Source of the DNA: Candidatus Moraniibacteriota bacterium
Lineage (GTDB): Bacteria > Patescibacteriota > Minisyncoccia > Moranbacterales > UBA1568
Direction of reading: 5' to 3'
Length of the DNA stretch: 64,000 bases
Assembly: GCA_028711705.1 (NCBI GenBank)
Contig: JAQTRS010000001.1
Span: forward strand, 98,761 to 162,760
The notes under the pieces: generated by a model
What the model was told of the DNA's origin: nothing
Databases searched by the model: none
The model's input: only the letters and a program-made list of their open reading frames with translations
Position numbers and translations under genes: made by a program
Shown here: one piece after another, positions 39,060 to 48,288 of the stretch
Numbering within the stretch: the stretch's first letter is position 1
How the letters are laid out: the number at the start of each line of letters is the position of its first letter

Positions 39060-40442
39060 ATGGCGAAGAGCTCCAACAATAATTTGGTGACGCAGTTGCG
39101 CATCCCGCCCAACAATCTCGAAGCTGAGCAGTCCGTGCTCGGCTCTTTGATGCTGGATAAGGACGCGGTCATCAAGATCGCCGACCTTCTCAAAGTCGGA
39201 GACTTCTACAAAGACGCCAACAACGACGTCTACGAGATCATGCTCGAACTCTACGAGAACCGCGAACCGCTCGATGTGCTCAGCATCTCCAACCGGCTCG
39301 AAGAAAAAGGCCGCCTTGATCGGATCGGCGGCGCAAGTTACCTTGCTTCCCTGGTCAACTCCGTCCCCTCCGCATCCAATGTCGTCCACTACGCCAAAGT
39401 GGTGCAGAAAAAAGCCATGCTCAGGCGACTCATCGGTGCCGCGAGCGATATTCTCGAAATGGGGTATAACGAATCCGAAGATGTGCAGAAAATCCTCGAC
39501 GAAGCGGAACAACGGCTTTTCAGGGTTTCGCAAAAATACATCAAGCAGGATTTCATCCCGATCAAATCCATACTCGAAAACGCCTTCGAGCGTATCGATG
39601 AACTGCACCGCAGCGACAACACCTTCCGCGGCGTGCCCAGCAATTACCCGGACCTCGACAATATGCTCTCGGGATTCCAGAAATCCGACCTCATCATCCT
39701 CGGAGCAAGACCATCTATCGGTAAAACGACTTTCGCGCTCGACCTGGCCAGGCAGATCAGCGTCTATTCCAAAGTTCCGGTGGGTATCTTCTCATTGGAA
39801 ATGGGTTCCGACCAGCTTGTGGATCGTATGATCGCCGCGCAATCCGGCGTGGATTTGTGGCGCCTGCGCACCGGAAAACTCCAAAGCGATGACTTCTCCA
39901 AGATTGGTGAGGCCATCGGCATCCTAAGCGAAGCGCCTATCTTCATCGACGACAGCGGCTCACTTAATATCATGGAAATGCGCACCATGGCACGCCGTCT
40001 CCAGTCCGAACACAATCTCGGTATGATCATCATCGACTACCTCCAGCTGATGGAAGGCCGCAGCCGGGGCGGCGACAACCGCGTGCAGGAAATTTCCGAA
40101 ATCTCCCGCGGACTCAAGCAGCTGGCACGCGAACTCAATATCCCGATCATGGCGCTCTCGCAGCTGTCCCGCGGTATCGAAGCCCGTCAGGATCAGATGC
40201 CCAAGCTCTCCGACCTCCGCGAATCCGGATCCATCGAACAGGACGCCGACGTCGTGCTCTTCCTCTCCCGCGAGGACCGCTACAAGCCCGACACCCCGAA
40301 CAAAAACATCGTCGACGTCGTCATCGCCAAACACCGTAACGGCCCGATCGGTAAGATCCAACTCTACTTCCAAGAGAACTCCACGACTTTCAAGTCTCTG
40401 GAGCGCCTCCACGATGCCAGCCAAGCTCCGCAGGAACATTAG
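39060..40442 (+). CDS. dnaB: Replicative DNA helicase
   Basis: PP...EAEQSVLG, ARPSIGKT, FSLEM, IDYLQL, LSQLSR, DLRESGSIEQDAD, KHRNGP; start ATG 39060. Confidence 0.98.
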   Translation: MAKSSNNNLVTQLRIPPNNLEAEQSVLGSLMLDKDAVIKIADLLKVGDFYKDANNDVYEIMLELYENREPLDVLSISNRLEEKGRLDRIGGASYLASLVNSVPSASNVVHYAKVVQKKAMLRRLIGAASDILEMGYNESEDVQKILDEAEQRLFRVSQKYIKQDFIPIKSILENAFERIDELHRSDNTFRGVPSNYPDLDNMLSGFQKSDLIILGARPSIGKTTFALDLARQISVYSKVPVGIFSLEMGSDQLVDRMIAAQSGVDLWRLRTGKLQSDDFSKIGEAIGILSEAPIFIDDSGSLNIMEMRTMARRLQSEHNLGMIIIDYLQLMEGRSRGGDNRVQEISEISRGLKQLARELNIPIMALSQLSRGIEARQDQMPKLSDLRESGSIEQDADVVLFLSREDRYKPDTPNKNIVDVVIAKHRNGPIGKIQLYFQENSTTFKSLERLHDASQAPQEH

Positions 40443-40506
40443 AATCATTTTCGGGTAGTTTAAAAGGCTAGAGTGATTTTCATCTCTAGCCTTTTAATGA
40501 CGAATG

Positions 40507-40803
40507 TTATCCGCCATCGCAATACTTGCCGAACTTAGCTACCAAATCTTTTGGCGGAATTGTATCGGTAATATCATATTTATCATCAATAGTAATTTTC
40601 AAAGATCCATCTCTTGCTTTAGCAATAGCGCCATGCAAGTTGACTGTTCCGCAAACATAGTTTGTTGAATGACGCGCCTCATATTCCATTTGTCCCGTAC
40701 GCCACACTCCTAAAGGAATTGCAAGTATTGTTGCTAGCATTAATATCCTCGCGACCCATTTCCCTACTCCACCAAATAACAATTTGTCTATTGTGTTACT
40801 CAT
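40507..40803 (-). CDS. Hypothetical single-TM protein (orphan)
   Basis: 98 aa, AAGGGGA SD, two Cys, bidirectional terminator at 40462-40495. Confidence 0.65.
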   Translation of the reverse strand: MSNTIDKLLFGGVGKWVARILMLATILAIPLGVWRTGQMEYEARHSTNYVCGTVNLHGAIAKARDGSLKITIDDKYDITDTIPPKDLVAKFGKYCDGG

Positions 40804-41002
40804 GATGTTCCCCTTATGGATGAATCTTATCCGACATCAAGCGGACAGACTCGGTTAAAAAATATTTCCTACGACGCCTCTAACCGACTTTTGTCAGCGA
40901 TATCCGCTATCTCCAGATTGTTAAAGGATGCTTTATCATAGCAAAGATACCGTATTTTGTCAAGTACAGCGAAAGCAGGTATACTGAAATGACTTCTTTA
41001 TG

Positions 41003-41105
41003 TGTCATTTCGAGCTTGCCGAGAAATCTTCTACGCTTGTAAACAGATCCTTGCGCCACCGCTAAAGCTTTATGCGACACGCGGTCGGCTACGCTCGGGA
41101 TGACA
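41003..41105 (+). repeat. Intergenic copy of the 69-nt palindrome family carrying a nested 34-nt second repeat
   Basis: TGTCATTTCGAGCTTGCCGAGAAATCT...AGATCC[41051-41084 insert]TCGGCTACGCTCGGGATGACA. Confidence 0.8.
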
Positions 41106-41191
41106 ATCGTGAGTCTTGTGCTTTATAAATTGTCCGACGTTTACTATTGTTTGTTTTTTTGTTGACTATTAATTGTTGTCTGTTATCCGAT

Positions 41192-41785
41192 ATGTATCCC
41201 AAACCATTTGAAAAATTGATAAGCCACTTCACTTCCCTGCCGTCCGTCGGACCAAAGATGGCGGAGCGTTTGGTGCTCTATCTCTTCAAGCAGGACCAAG
41301 AGAAACTCGAAGACTTCGCGCAGTGCCTCGAAGATATCCATAAGCTCCAAATCTGCAAACAGTGCTTCCATATCGCCGAAGGGACGCTGTGCAGCATCTG
41401 CATGGATCCGCGCCGCGACATGGCGGTTTTGTGCGTCGTCGAAGAGCCGCTCGACATCATCGCCATCGAACGCACCCGAAGTTTCCAAGGACGCTACCAT
41501 GTTTTGGGCGGCGTTATGGAACCGGCCAAAAAAAACTCGGTGGCGGCTCCGCTCCATATCCCTGAACTTTTGCAGCGCATCGAGGACGAGAATATCAAAG
41601 AGGTCATCCTGGCCACCAACCCCACCACCGAAGGCGACCTGACCGCCCTCTACCTCAAGAAAAAACTCGAACCCTTCCATATCAAAGTTACCCGCATCGC
41701 CAGGGGCCTCGCTACCGGCGGTGACATCGAATACGCCGACGAGATTACCCTCACCTCCGCCATCACCAATCGCAAAGATTTATAA
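41192..41785 (+). CDS. recR: Recombination mediator RecR
   Basis: LP.VG.K.A.R, C4 zinc finger, YHVLGG, EVILATNPTTEG..TA, G.DIEYAD; start ATG 41192. Confidence 0.97.
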   Translation: MYPKPFEKLISHFTSLPSVGPKMAERLVLYLFKQDQEKLEDFAQCLEDIHKLQICKQCFHIAEGTLCSICMDPRRDMAVLCVVEEPLDIIAIERTRSFQGRYHVLGGVMEPAKKNSVAAPLHIPELLQRIEDENIKEVILATNPTTEGDLTALYLKKKLEPFHIKVTRIARGLATGGDIEYADEITLTSAITNRKDL

Positions 41786-41908
41786 ATGACCCGATTTTTT
41801 TCCTCTTTTTAAACGATTTATAGGCTTGCGCAATACCGTTGTTATCTTTATAATGAAAAGAGCTTACGGAAAAGGCTGTTATAGTGTTAAGTTATTGAAA
41901 TACCCTCT

Positions 41909-43189
41909 ATGAATCACGAAAAGACAGTGTGCGTCATCGGACTCGGTTACGTCGGACTTCCGATGGCCATCCGTTCAAAAGAAGTCGGCTATGAGGTGTA
42001 CGGTCTCGATCTTGATCAATCCAAACTCGACCTGATCAATCAAGGGAAAAGCCCGATCGAAGAGGCCTACATCGAAGAGCGCATCGCACAATTCCCTGTC
42101 ATCGCCACAAACGATGCCGCCGTCATCCGAAAGGCGGACATCGTTTTGATATGCGTGCCTACTCCGGTCGACGAATCCTATTATCCGGACCTGACCCCGG
42201 TCATCAAGGCAGTGGAAACGACCGTCAAAAATCTCAAGAAGGGCGCGCTCGTCGTGCTCGAATCCACCGTCAATCCCGGCGTGAGCGAAGAGATTATCCG
42301 CCCCCTTTTCGAATCAGCCGGGCATATCGTCGGTCAGGATGTATTCATCGCGCATTGCCCTGAACGCGTCAATCCGGGAGACAAGACATGGAATGTTTCC
42401 AATCTTCCGCGCGTGGTCGGATCATTCGATCAGACCGGCCTTGATATCGCGCTGGAATACTATCGCTCCATCTCATCCGGCGAAATCCGCCCGATGAAGT
42501 CCATCCGCGAAGCCGAGGCGGTTAAAATCGTGGAAAACTCTTTCCGCGATATCAATATCGCCTTCGTGAACGAGCTCGCGAAATCGTTCGATAAGCTCGG
42601 CATCGATATCAAAGACGTCATCTTGGGTGCCGCCACCAAGCCGTTCGCTTTCATGGCTCACTACCCATCCTGCGGCGTCGGCGGACACTGTATCGCTGTC
42701 GATCCCTACTACCTGATCGAACGAGCCAAGAAATCCGGATTCGATCACAAATTCCTCAAGATTGCCCGTGAAATCAATAACAGCATGCCGGAATACACGG
42801 TTGAGAAATTGCAAGACGCGCTCAATCTCGTGAAACTCCCTATGAACGGCACCGCAATCGGCGTGCTCGGACTCGCCTACAAAGCGAACGTGGACGATAC
42901 TCGCGAATCACCGGCTTTCGAAGTCATCAAAAACCTCAACAAGCATCTGGCAATCGTTGAGACATTCGATCCGCACGTGCTTGGGAAGTCAACTTCGCAA
43001 TCATTGGAAGCGATTCTTGAAAAATCAAAGGCTGTCATCGTCACGACCAATCACAAGGAATTCATAGACATGCTGACTCCTGAGCTCCTCAACAAGTACG
43101 GCATCTTGGTCGTCATCGATGGAAAGAACTGTCTGGATAAAGACTTATTGGAATCTGCCGGTATCATCTACCGAGGCATCGGCCGCTAA
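41909..43189 (+). CDS. UDP-N-acetylhexosamine 6-dehydrogenase (WecC/WbpA family)
   Basis: GLGYVGLP, CVPTP, LEST..PG, PERVNPG, K..EN.FRD.NIA, GVGGHCI, GLAYK..VDD.RESP. Confidence 0.93.
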   Translation: MNHEKTVCVIGLGYVGLPMAIRSKEVGYEVYGLDLDQSKLDLINQGKSPIEEAYIEERIAQFPVIATNDAAVIRKADIVLICVPTPVDESYYPDLTPVIKAVETTVKNLKKGALVVLESTVNPGVSEEIIRPLFESAGHIVGQDVFIAHCPERVNPGDKTWNVSNLPRVVGSFDQTGLDIALEYYRSISSGEIRPMKSIREAEAVKIVENSFRDINIAFVNELAKSFDKLGIDIKDVILGAATKPFAFMAHYPSCGVGGHCIAVDPYYLIERAKKSGFDHKFLKIAREINNSMPEYTVEKLQDALNLVKLPMNGTAIGVLGLAYKANVDDTRESPAFEVIKNLNKHLAIVETFDPHVLGKSTSQSLEAILEKSKAVIVTTNHKEFIDMLTPELLNKYGILVVIDGKNCLDKDLLESAGIIYRGIGR

Positions 43190-43295
43190 CCCGCACAACA
43201 AACACCCATAAACAATGAGCGGGTCTTTGCCACAACCATACACCCTACCGTTTATCCCTCGTTCATTGTTGATTGTTAACTGCTAACTATACGTT

Positions 43296-43535
43296 ATGTT
43301 TCACCTTATCCGCTTTATCATTTGGCTCGCAGGCGTTCTTGTCGTCAGCTATTTCGTGCTGAGCTACTTCGGCTACGAAGTTAATCAGCATTATTTCGAC
43401 CAAAGCAAAGCGAAATGCCAAGAATTGATCGCGCAGTGCCAAAAAAACGTTATCCATAAAGGTGTGGATGACGTTAAAAACTGCGAATACCAATGCGTCA
43501 ATCCAAGCCTTATCATCCAAAAGAAAGCCAAATAA
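43296..43535 (+). CDS. Small membrane-anchored protein with four Cys
   Basis: 79 aa, N-terminal TM, co-oriented within the glycan locus. Confidence 0.65.
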   Translation: MFHLIRFIIWLAGVLVVSYFVLSYFGYEVNQHYFDQSKAKCQELIAQCQKNVIHKGVDDVKNCEYQCVNPSLIIQKKAK

Positions 43536-43571
43536 CCAACGTGTCGTGACTTTATTCACTATCCATAGCCT

Positions 43572-44522
43572 ATGAGACTTATCGTAAACATCCCCGCATT
43601 CAACGAAGAGGAGAAGCTCAGTGAAACCATCAAGCGCATACCGACCCGATTTTCGGGAATCGACGAGGTATTCGTGCAGGTTATCGACGACGGATCGAGC
43701 GACAACACTTTCGACATCGCCAAAACTGCCGGGGCGCATTTCGTCTATGCAAACGGTATCAACCGCGGCATCGGGAAAACCTTCCGCCATGCCGTCGAGA
43801 GAGCTCTCGAAAACCACGCCGATATCATGGTTAACATTGACGCGGACGGTCAGTTCAACCCGCAGGATATTGCGAAACTCATTGCACTGATACTCGAACA
43901 CAAGGCGGATATCGTAAGCGCCGACCGTTTCGGTGAGCACAAAGCCAAAAATATCCCATGGATAAAGGATAGCATGAACCGCCTCGCTGCCAATCTAATC
44001 GGATGGTTTATGAATGTACCCATCAAGGACCTCACCTGCGGATTCCGCGCTTACAACAAAGAAGCGTTGCTTCGCCTCAATCTGCCAGGCGATTTCACCT
44101 ACACCCAAGAAACCATCATCGACGCCTTGGGCAAGGGACTCAAGATACGGTGGGTACCGGTCGAGGTCACCTATTTTGCGGAGCGAAAATCCCGCGTCGT
44201 CAAGAGCATTTTCAAATATATCAATTCCAGCGCGCGCATCATCATCAAGGCCGTGCGCGATGTCCGTCCGATGAAATTCTTCGGTATCCCCGGAGCGATA
44301 CTGATGCTGCTGTCTTTCGTATTCTTCGGCATGTTCATCGTCAACTACCTCGGGGATTTCAAGATCAGTCCATATCGTAATCAGCTCTTTTTCGGAGGCG
44401 GATTCTTCATCGTCGGATTGCAATTCGTTGTCTTCGCGCTCATCGCCGATATGATCAGATCCAATCGACGCTTGAACGAAGATCAGTTTTATCTCACCAA
44501 AAAAGAACTGTACAAAAAATAA
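43572..44522 (+). CDS. GT2 glycosyltransferase (polyprenol-phosphate glycosyltransferase, DPM1-like)
   Basis: IPAFNEE, DDGSSD.T, N.G.G, DADGQF, D..CGFRA, two C-terminal TMs. Confidence 0.92.
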   Translation: MRLIVNIPAFNEEEKLSETIKRIPTRFSGIDEVFVQVIDDGSSDNTFDIAKTAGAHFVYANGINRGIGKTFRHAVERALENHADIMVNIDADGQFNPQDIAKLIALILEHKADIVSADRFGEHKAKNIPWIKDSMNRLAANLIGWFMNVPIKDLTCGFRAYNKEALLRLNLPGDFTYTQETIIDALGKGLKIRWVPVEVTYFAERKSRVVKSIFKYINSSARIIIKAVRDVRPMKFFGIPGAILMLLSFVFFGMFIVNYLGDFKISPYRNQLFFGGGFFIVGLQFVVFALIADMIRSNRRLNEDQFYLTKKELYKK

Positions 44523-44543
44523 ATCCCCTTCCATTTTTATTCT

Positions 44544-45635
44544 ATGAGTACGAGTGAACAAACGAAAATCCTCTTTATTTCTCGTGCCTACCCGCCCATC
44601 ACCGGCGGCATCGAAAACCAGAATTATGAACTCTCCGTCTGGCTGCCGAAAATCGCCCAGGTAAAAACCATCGCCAACCGCAAAGGGAAAAAAGCCCTGC
44701 CGTTTTTCTTGCCTTGGGCGACTGTGCGCGCCCTATGGCTCGCGCCCCGCTATGATGCGATACTTTTGGGTGACGGCGTTTTAGGTATCGTCGGATACGC
44801 TGTAAAATGCCTCTACCCGAAGAAAACCGTCGTTTCCGTCGTGCACGGACTCGACCTCACCTTCACCTCCGGTATATACCAACAGTGGTGGGTCAAAAAA
44901 TTCCTCCCGAAGCTCGACAAACTCATCGCCGTCGGCAATGAAACCGTCCGGGTCGGCGTGGAACGCGGCATTCCTCGGGAAAAATTCGTCTTCATTCCCA
45001 ATGGTGTCGATACGGAAAAATACTTCCGTAACTATTCCCGTCAAGACCTCGAGCGTATCCTGAAGGAATCTGTATCGGATAAGAAAGTACTGCTCACTTC
45101 CGGGCGGCTCGCCAAAAGAAAAGGCGTGGCCTGGTTCATACGAAACGTCCTTCCGAAACTTCCGGAAAACATCGTCTATATTGTTGCTGGTGATGGCAAT
45201 GACAAAGAGAACATCCGAAACGCCGTAACACAAACGTCTATGTCCTCACGCCTCCGCCTGCTCGGTTTCGTAAACGATGAAACACGTGACATCCTCCTCA
45301 ACACCTGCGATCTGTTCATCCAGCCCAATATCCGTGTTCCCGGCGATATGGAAGGATTCGGCATCTCGGTCATCGAGGCGGCCTCATGTCAGATACCGGT
45401 CATCGCATCACGCCTCGAGGGATTGCAGGACGCCATCAAGGATAGCGAGAACGGATTTCTGGTAGAGCCGGAGAATGCAAATGGTTATATCGAAAAAATA
45501 CGCCTCCTGCTCGCGGACGACACCCTGCGGGAAACATTCGGGAAGCAAGCGCGGCAATACGTCATCGATAACTTCCACTGGGACTCGATCGCCAAACGGT
45601 ATTTAGCTATAATCGAAGCAACTCTTAAAAAATAA
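44544..45635 (+). CDS. GT4 glycosyltransferase
   Basis: YPP..GG.E, HGLD, IPNGVD, GRL.KRKG, EGFGI...EA. Confidence 0.92.
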   Translation: MSTSEQTKILFISRAYPPITGGIENQNYELSVWLPKIAQVKTIANRKGKKALPFFLPWATVRALWLAPRYDAILLGDGVLGIVGYAVKCLYPKKTVVSVVHGLDLTFTSGIYQQWWVKKFLPKLDKLIAVGNETVRVGVERGIPREKFVFIPNGVDTEKYFRNYSRQDLERILKESVSDKKVLLTSGRLAKRKGVAWFIRNVLPKLPENIVYIVAGDGNDKENIRNAVTQTSMSSRLRLLGFVNDETRDILLNTCDLFIQPNIRVPGDMEGFGISVIEAASCQIPVIASRLEGLQDAIKDSENGFLVEPENANGYIEKIRLLLADDTLRETFGKQARQYVIDNFHWDSIAKRYLAIIEATLKK

Positions 45636-45639
45636 GCCT

Positions 45640-47685
45640 ATGCACTTCATCCAGGAACAAGTTCTTTTCTTTATCGCGATTTTCCTTGTTCTTTTCGTGC
45701 CGGGACTGGTTTTGCTGCGCTCTTTTTTCAAACACTCGTTCACATCGCTCGAGTGCTTCGTCTTTTCAGTGCCGCTCAGCATCGCCGCCACCAATTTCCT
45801 GATGATAACCTTAGGGAGATCCGGCATCACGCTGATGGTAGCCTCCATTATCGCAAGCATTATCGCTTTTACGCTGGTGACTTTCCTTGTCTCCAAAGCG
45901 ATTCCGCAGAAAACGACTCAGGAAAAGCGCAGCGGAATCAAACCCTTCACCAAAAACCAAGGTCGGCTCATCATCCTGATCCTGATTCTGACCATCTTCA
46001 TCAAGACAATCTATCTCTCGCAGGTCATCCTCCCGACCGCGACCGACCTTGGGCACCACATGTACTGGTCGAAGTCCATCGCCGTCACGGGCGAGCTTCC
46101 ACAGTATGTCGAGCGCAATATCGTCCGCTCCGAAACGGATGGTACATATGCTCTCGGCGAGGCGGAACCTATCGACGACTTCATCATTGGCGAACACCTG
46201 ATCTTCGCTGCCATCGCCCTCATCGCGGGCCTTGATTTCATATCCGGATTCCCGGCCATCATACTCCTTCTCATCAATATATTCTCGCTCCTCGCTCTTT
46301 TCCTGTTCGTCTTGCGCGCTTTTTCGCACCGATCGCTCGCGAAAACGGGCATCTCTGCGAACACGGTCGCCATTCTCACGCTCTTCGTGCTCGGTCCGCT
46401 GTATACCATTGCTTCACCTCAGGCAAAATTCGTTTCCGGCGGAGTAATCGGCAATACTATCGGCAACCTTTTTATACCGGTAATCCTCTATTGCTACTGG
46501 CGCGCGCTCCAAGAAAAAAGCTCGAAGCTTTTAACGCTCGCCTTCTTCCTTACCTTTGGACTCGTCTATATCCATCATCTCAGCACGCTCGTTTTCCTTT
46601 TCATTATCTTCTTCACTATCGTCATTTTCAGCATCCTCCACATCAAAACCATCCATATTAGCATCAAAGAGTGGGCGTTGCTCGTTTTCAAGCCGGCTCC
46701 CATCATCCTCGCTATCGCAGCCATTCTCTTTTCCTTCTTCGTCCTCGCGCCCAGCTATGCTGATCCGAAGTCGCTCAATACCGCCCTGGGCGCTCCAACC
46801 AAGGCGACCCGCACCGGGCTGACATTTCTGCAACTCACCTTCTCGACCGGAGAAGGGCGGCTCGGCTTGGGACTGGTCGGACTCCTCGCTTTAATTTTCT
46901 TCCGATTAAAAGAAAATCGTTCGATCAAAGAAGCTTCCTACGCGATTGCCTTCTTCTTCGCCTGGGGATTATCACTCCTCATCATGTCGCTTCGCCCACA
47001 GTGGCTTTTCCTCGACATCCCTTCCAATCGCATCAGCACCTATGCCATTTTCCCGTTCGCGATACTTTCAACCCTTGCTTTCACGCTTCTGTTCAAGCAA
47101 CAGAAAACCATTAACAGTCAACAATCTACCCGAAATGCTTCGGATAACGATGCCGGCGGGTCAACAATCAACGAAAAACACTCCCGTAACAACACACCCC
47201 TAACAATCAGCGCCTTCATCGTTATCCTCACATTTTTTATTGTCGGAGGATTCTACGATAACGGACAAAGCCTCCTTGGGAAAACCAAGGCGCAGGAAGC
47301 TATCGAAACCTACCACGTTTCTGATTATCTCGCGCAGCATACAAATCAGAACGACATCATCCTCAAGGATCACAACTATATCGTCGCTGATTCCTGGATG
47401 AAGCTCTCATTCCTTCGAGGCTACACCTATCCGCTCTCACGCGGTTACTTCAAACGCTACGAAGACGAGACCAAGCCGCGCGAACAATGCTCGCTCTGGA
47501 TGATCGCCGTACCAAACACCGACAAAGGACAGAAATGCTTCAATGAAACCGGCACTGATATCATCGTCGTCAACCCTCATTTCGACAGCACTCAATTCAA
47601 AAAATCCCCAGATTTCAACTCCATATACCAATCCGGTGATATCGCGGTGTATATGAGAAAAAACCAGTCAACAAACAGCGATTAA
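45640..47685 (+). CDS. Large polytopic membrane protein, probable GT-C fold glycosyltransferase
   Basis: Many TMs, first loop with TDLGHH..W, C-terminal soluble domain; inside the glycan locus. Confidence 0.65.
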   Translation: MHFIQEQVLFFIAIFLVLFVPGLVLLRSFFKHSFTSLECFVFSVPLSIAATNFLMITLGRSGITLMVASIIASIIAFTLVTFLVSKAIPQKTTQEKRSGIKPFTKNQGRLIILILILTIFIKTIYLSQVILPTATDLGHHMYWSKSIAVTGELPQYVERNIVRSETDGTYALGEAEPIDDFIIGEHLIFAAIALIAGLDFISGFPAIILLLINIFSLLALFLFVLRAFSHRSLAKTGISANTVAILTLFVLGPLYTIASPQAKFVSGGVIGNTIGNLFIPVILYCYWRALQEKSSKLLTLAFFLTFGLVYIHHLSTLVFLFIIFFTIVIFSILHIKTIHISIKEWALLVFKPAPIILAIAAILFSFFVLAPSYADPKSLNTALGAPTKATRTGLTFLQLTFSTGEGRLGLGLVGLLALIFFRLKENRSIKEASYAIAFFFAWGLSLLIMSLRPQWLFLDIPSNRISTYAIFPFAILSTLAFTLLFKQQKTINSQQSTRNASDNDAGGSTINEKHSRNNTPLTISAFIVILTFFIVGGFYDNGQSLLGKTKAQEAIETYHVSDYLAQHTNQNDIILKDHNYIVADSWMKLSFLRGYTYPLSRGYFKRYEDETKPREQCSLWMIAVPNTDKGQKCFNETGTDIIVVNPHFDSTQFKKSPDFNSIYQSGDIAVYMRKNQSTNSD

Positions 47686-47726
47686 CAGTTAACGAGAAAA
47701 CAGCCTCACCGATAATCAACTACTGC

Positions 47727-47901
47727 GTTAATAGAGAGGTGACATGTTTGATTGAGAGTCCGGCACCTAGGCGCGATAAGAGCCAGGTACGCAAAGGCAA
47801 GACCTGTATGGATGTTATCTTCCCTCTATCTCGAAAGAGATTCCCATCGCTAACGCCGATCATGTCGGACTCGAAAGCGAACATGTCACCTCTCTATTAA
47901 C
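47727..47901. mobile_element. 175-nt MITE-like element or structured RNA with perfect 22-bp terminal inverted repeats
   Basis: GTTAATAGAGAGGTGACATGTT (47727-47748) is the exact reverse complement of 47880-47901; nested internal stems. Confidence 0.65.
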
Positions 47902-47912
47902 CACACAACATC

Positions 47913-48263
47913 ATGTCTCAAAAATCCGTCATCATCGCCATCATCTCCCTCCTCGCCCTAAGCTTCATCAGCCTCGGCTTCATCGAAAACCGCGCTAAAG
48001 ACCCCAACCTCAATAAAGATTGGTGGGCGCTTTCTTTCCAGAATCCTCACGGAAACAGCCTTGATTTCACCATTGAAAATCATAGTAACTCGAACAACTT
48101 CACCTACGAGGTAACGCAGGACGCAACCACACTCACCAAGGAAGCGATCATCATCCCAAAAGGGACCACAAAAAACATCTCGATAAGCCAAAGAACCTCA
48201 GACACTAAAACGATGATCAGCGCCTGGACGAACGATGAAGATAAGAAAGAGATTTATAAATAA
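47913..48263 (+). CDS. Hypothetical exported or membrane-anchored protein
   Basis: 116 aa, N-terminal TM, beta-rich remainder. Confidence 0.7.
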   Translation: MSQKSVIIAIISLLALSFISLGFIENRAKDPNLNKDWWALSFQNPHGNSLDFTIENHSNSNNFTYEVTQDATTLTKEAIIIPKGTTKNISISQRTSDTKTMISAWTNDEDKKEIYK

Positions 48264-48288
48264 ACACGCTTCTCAAACAACACATCCT

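Noticed and set aside
47727-47901. SRP RNA
   Set aside because: Lacks the helix-8 GGAAGGAAGCAG-type motif.
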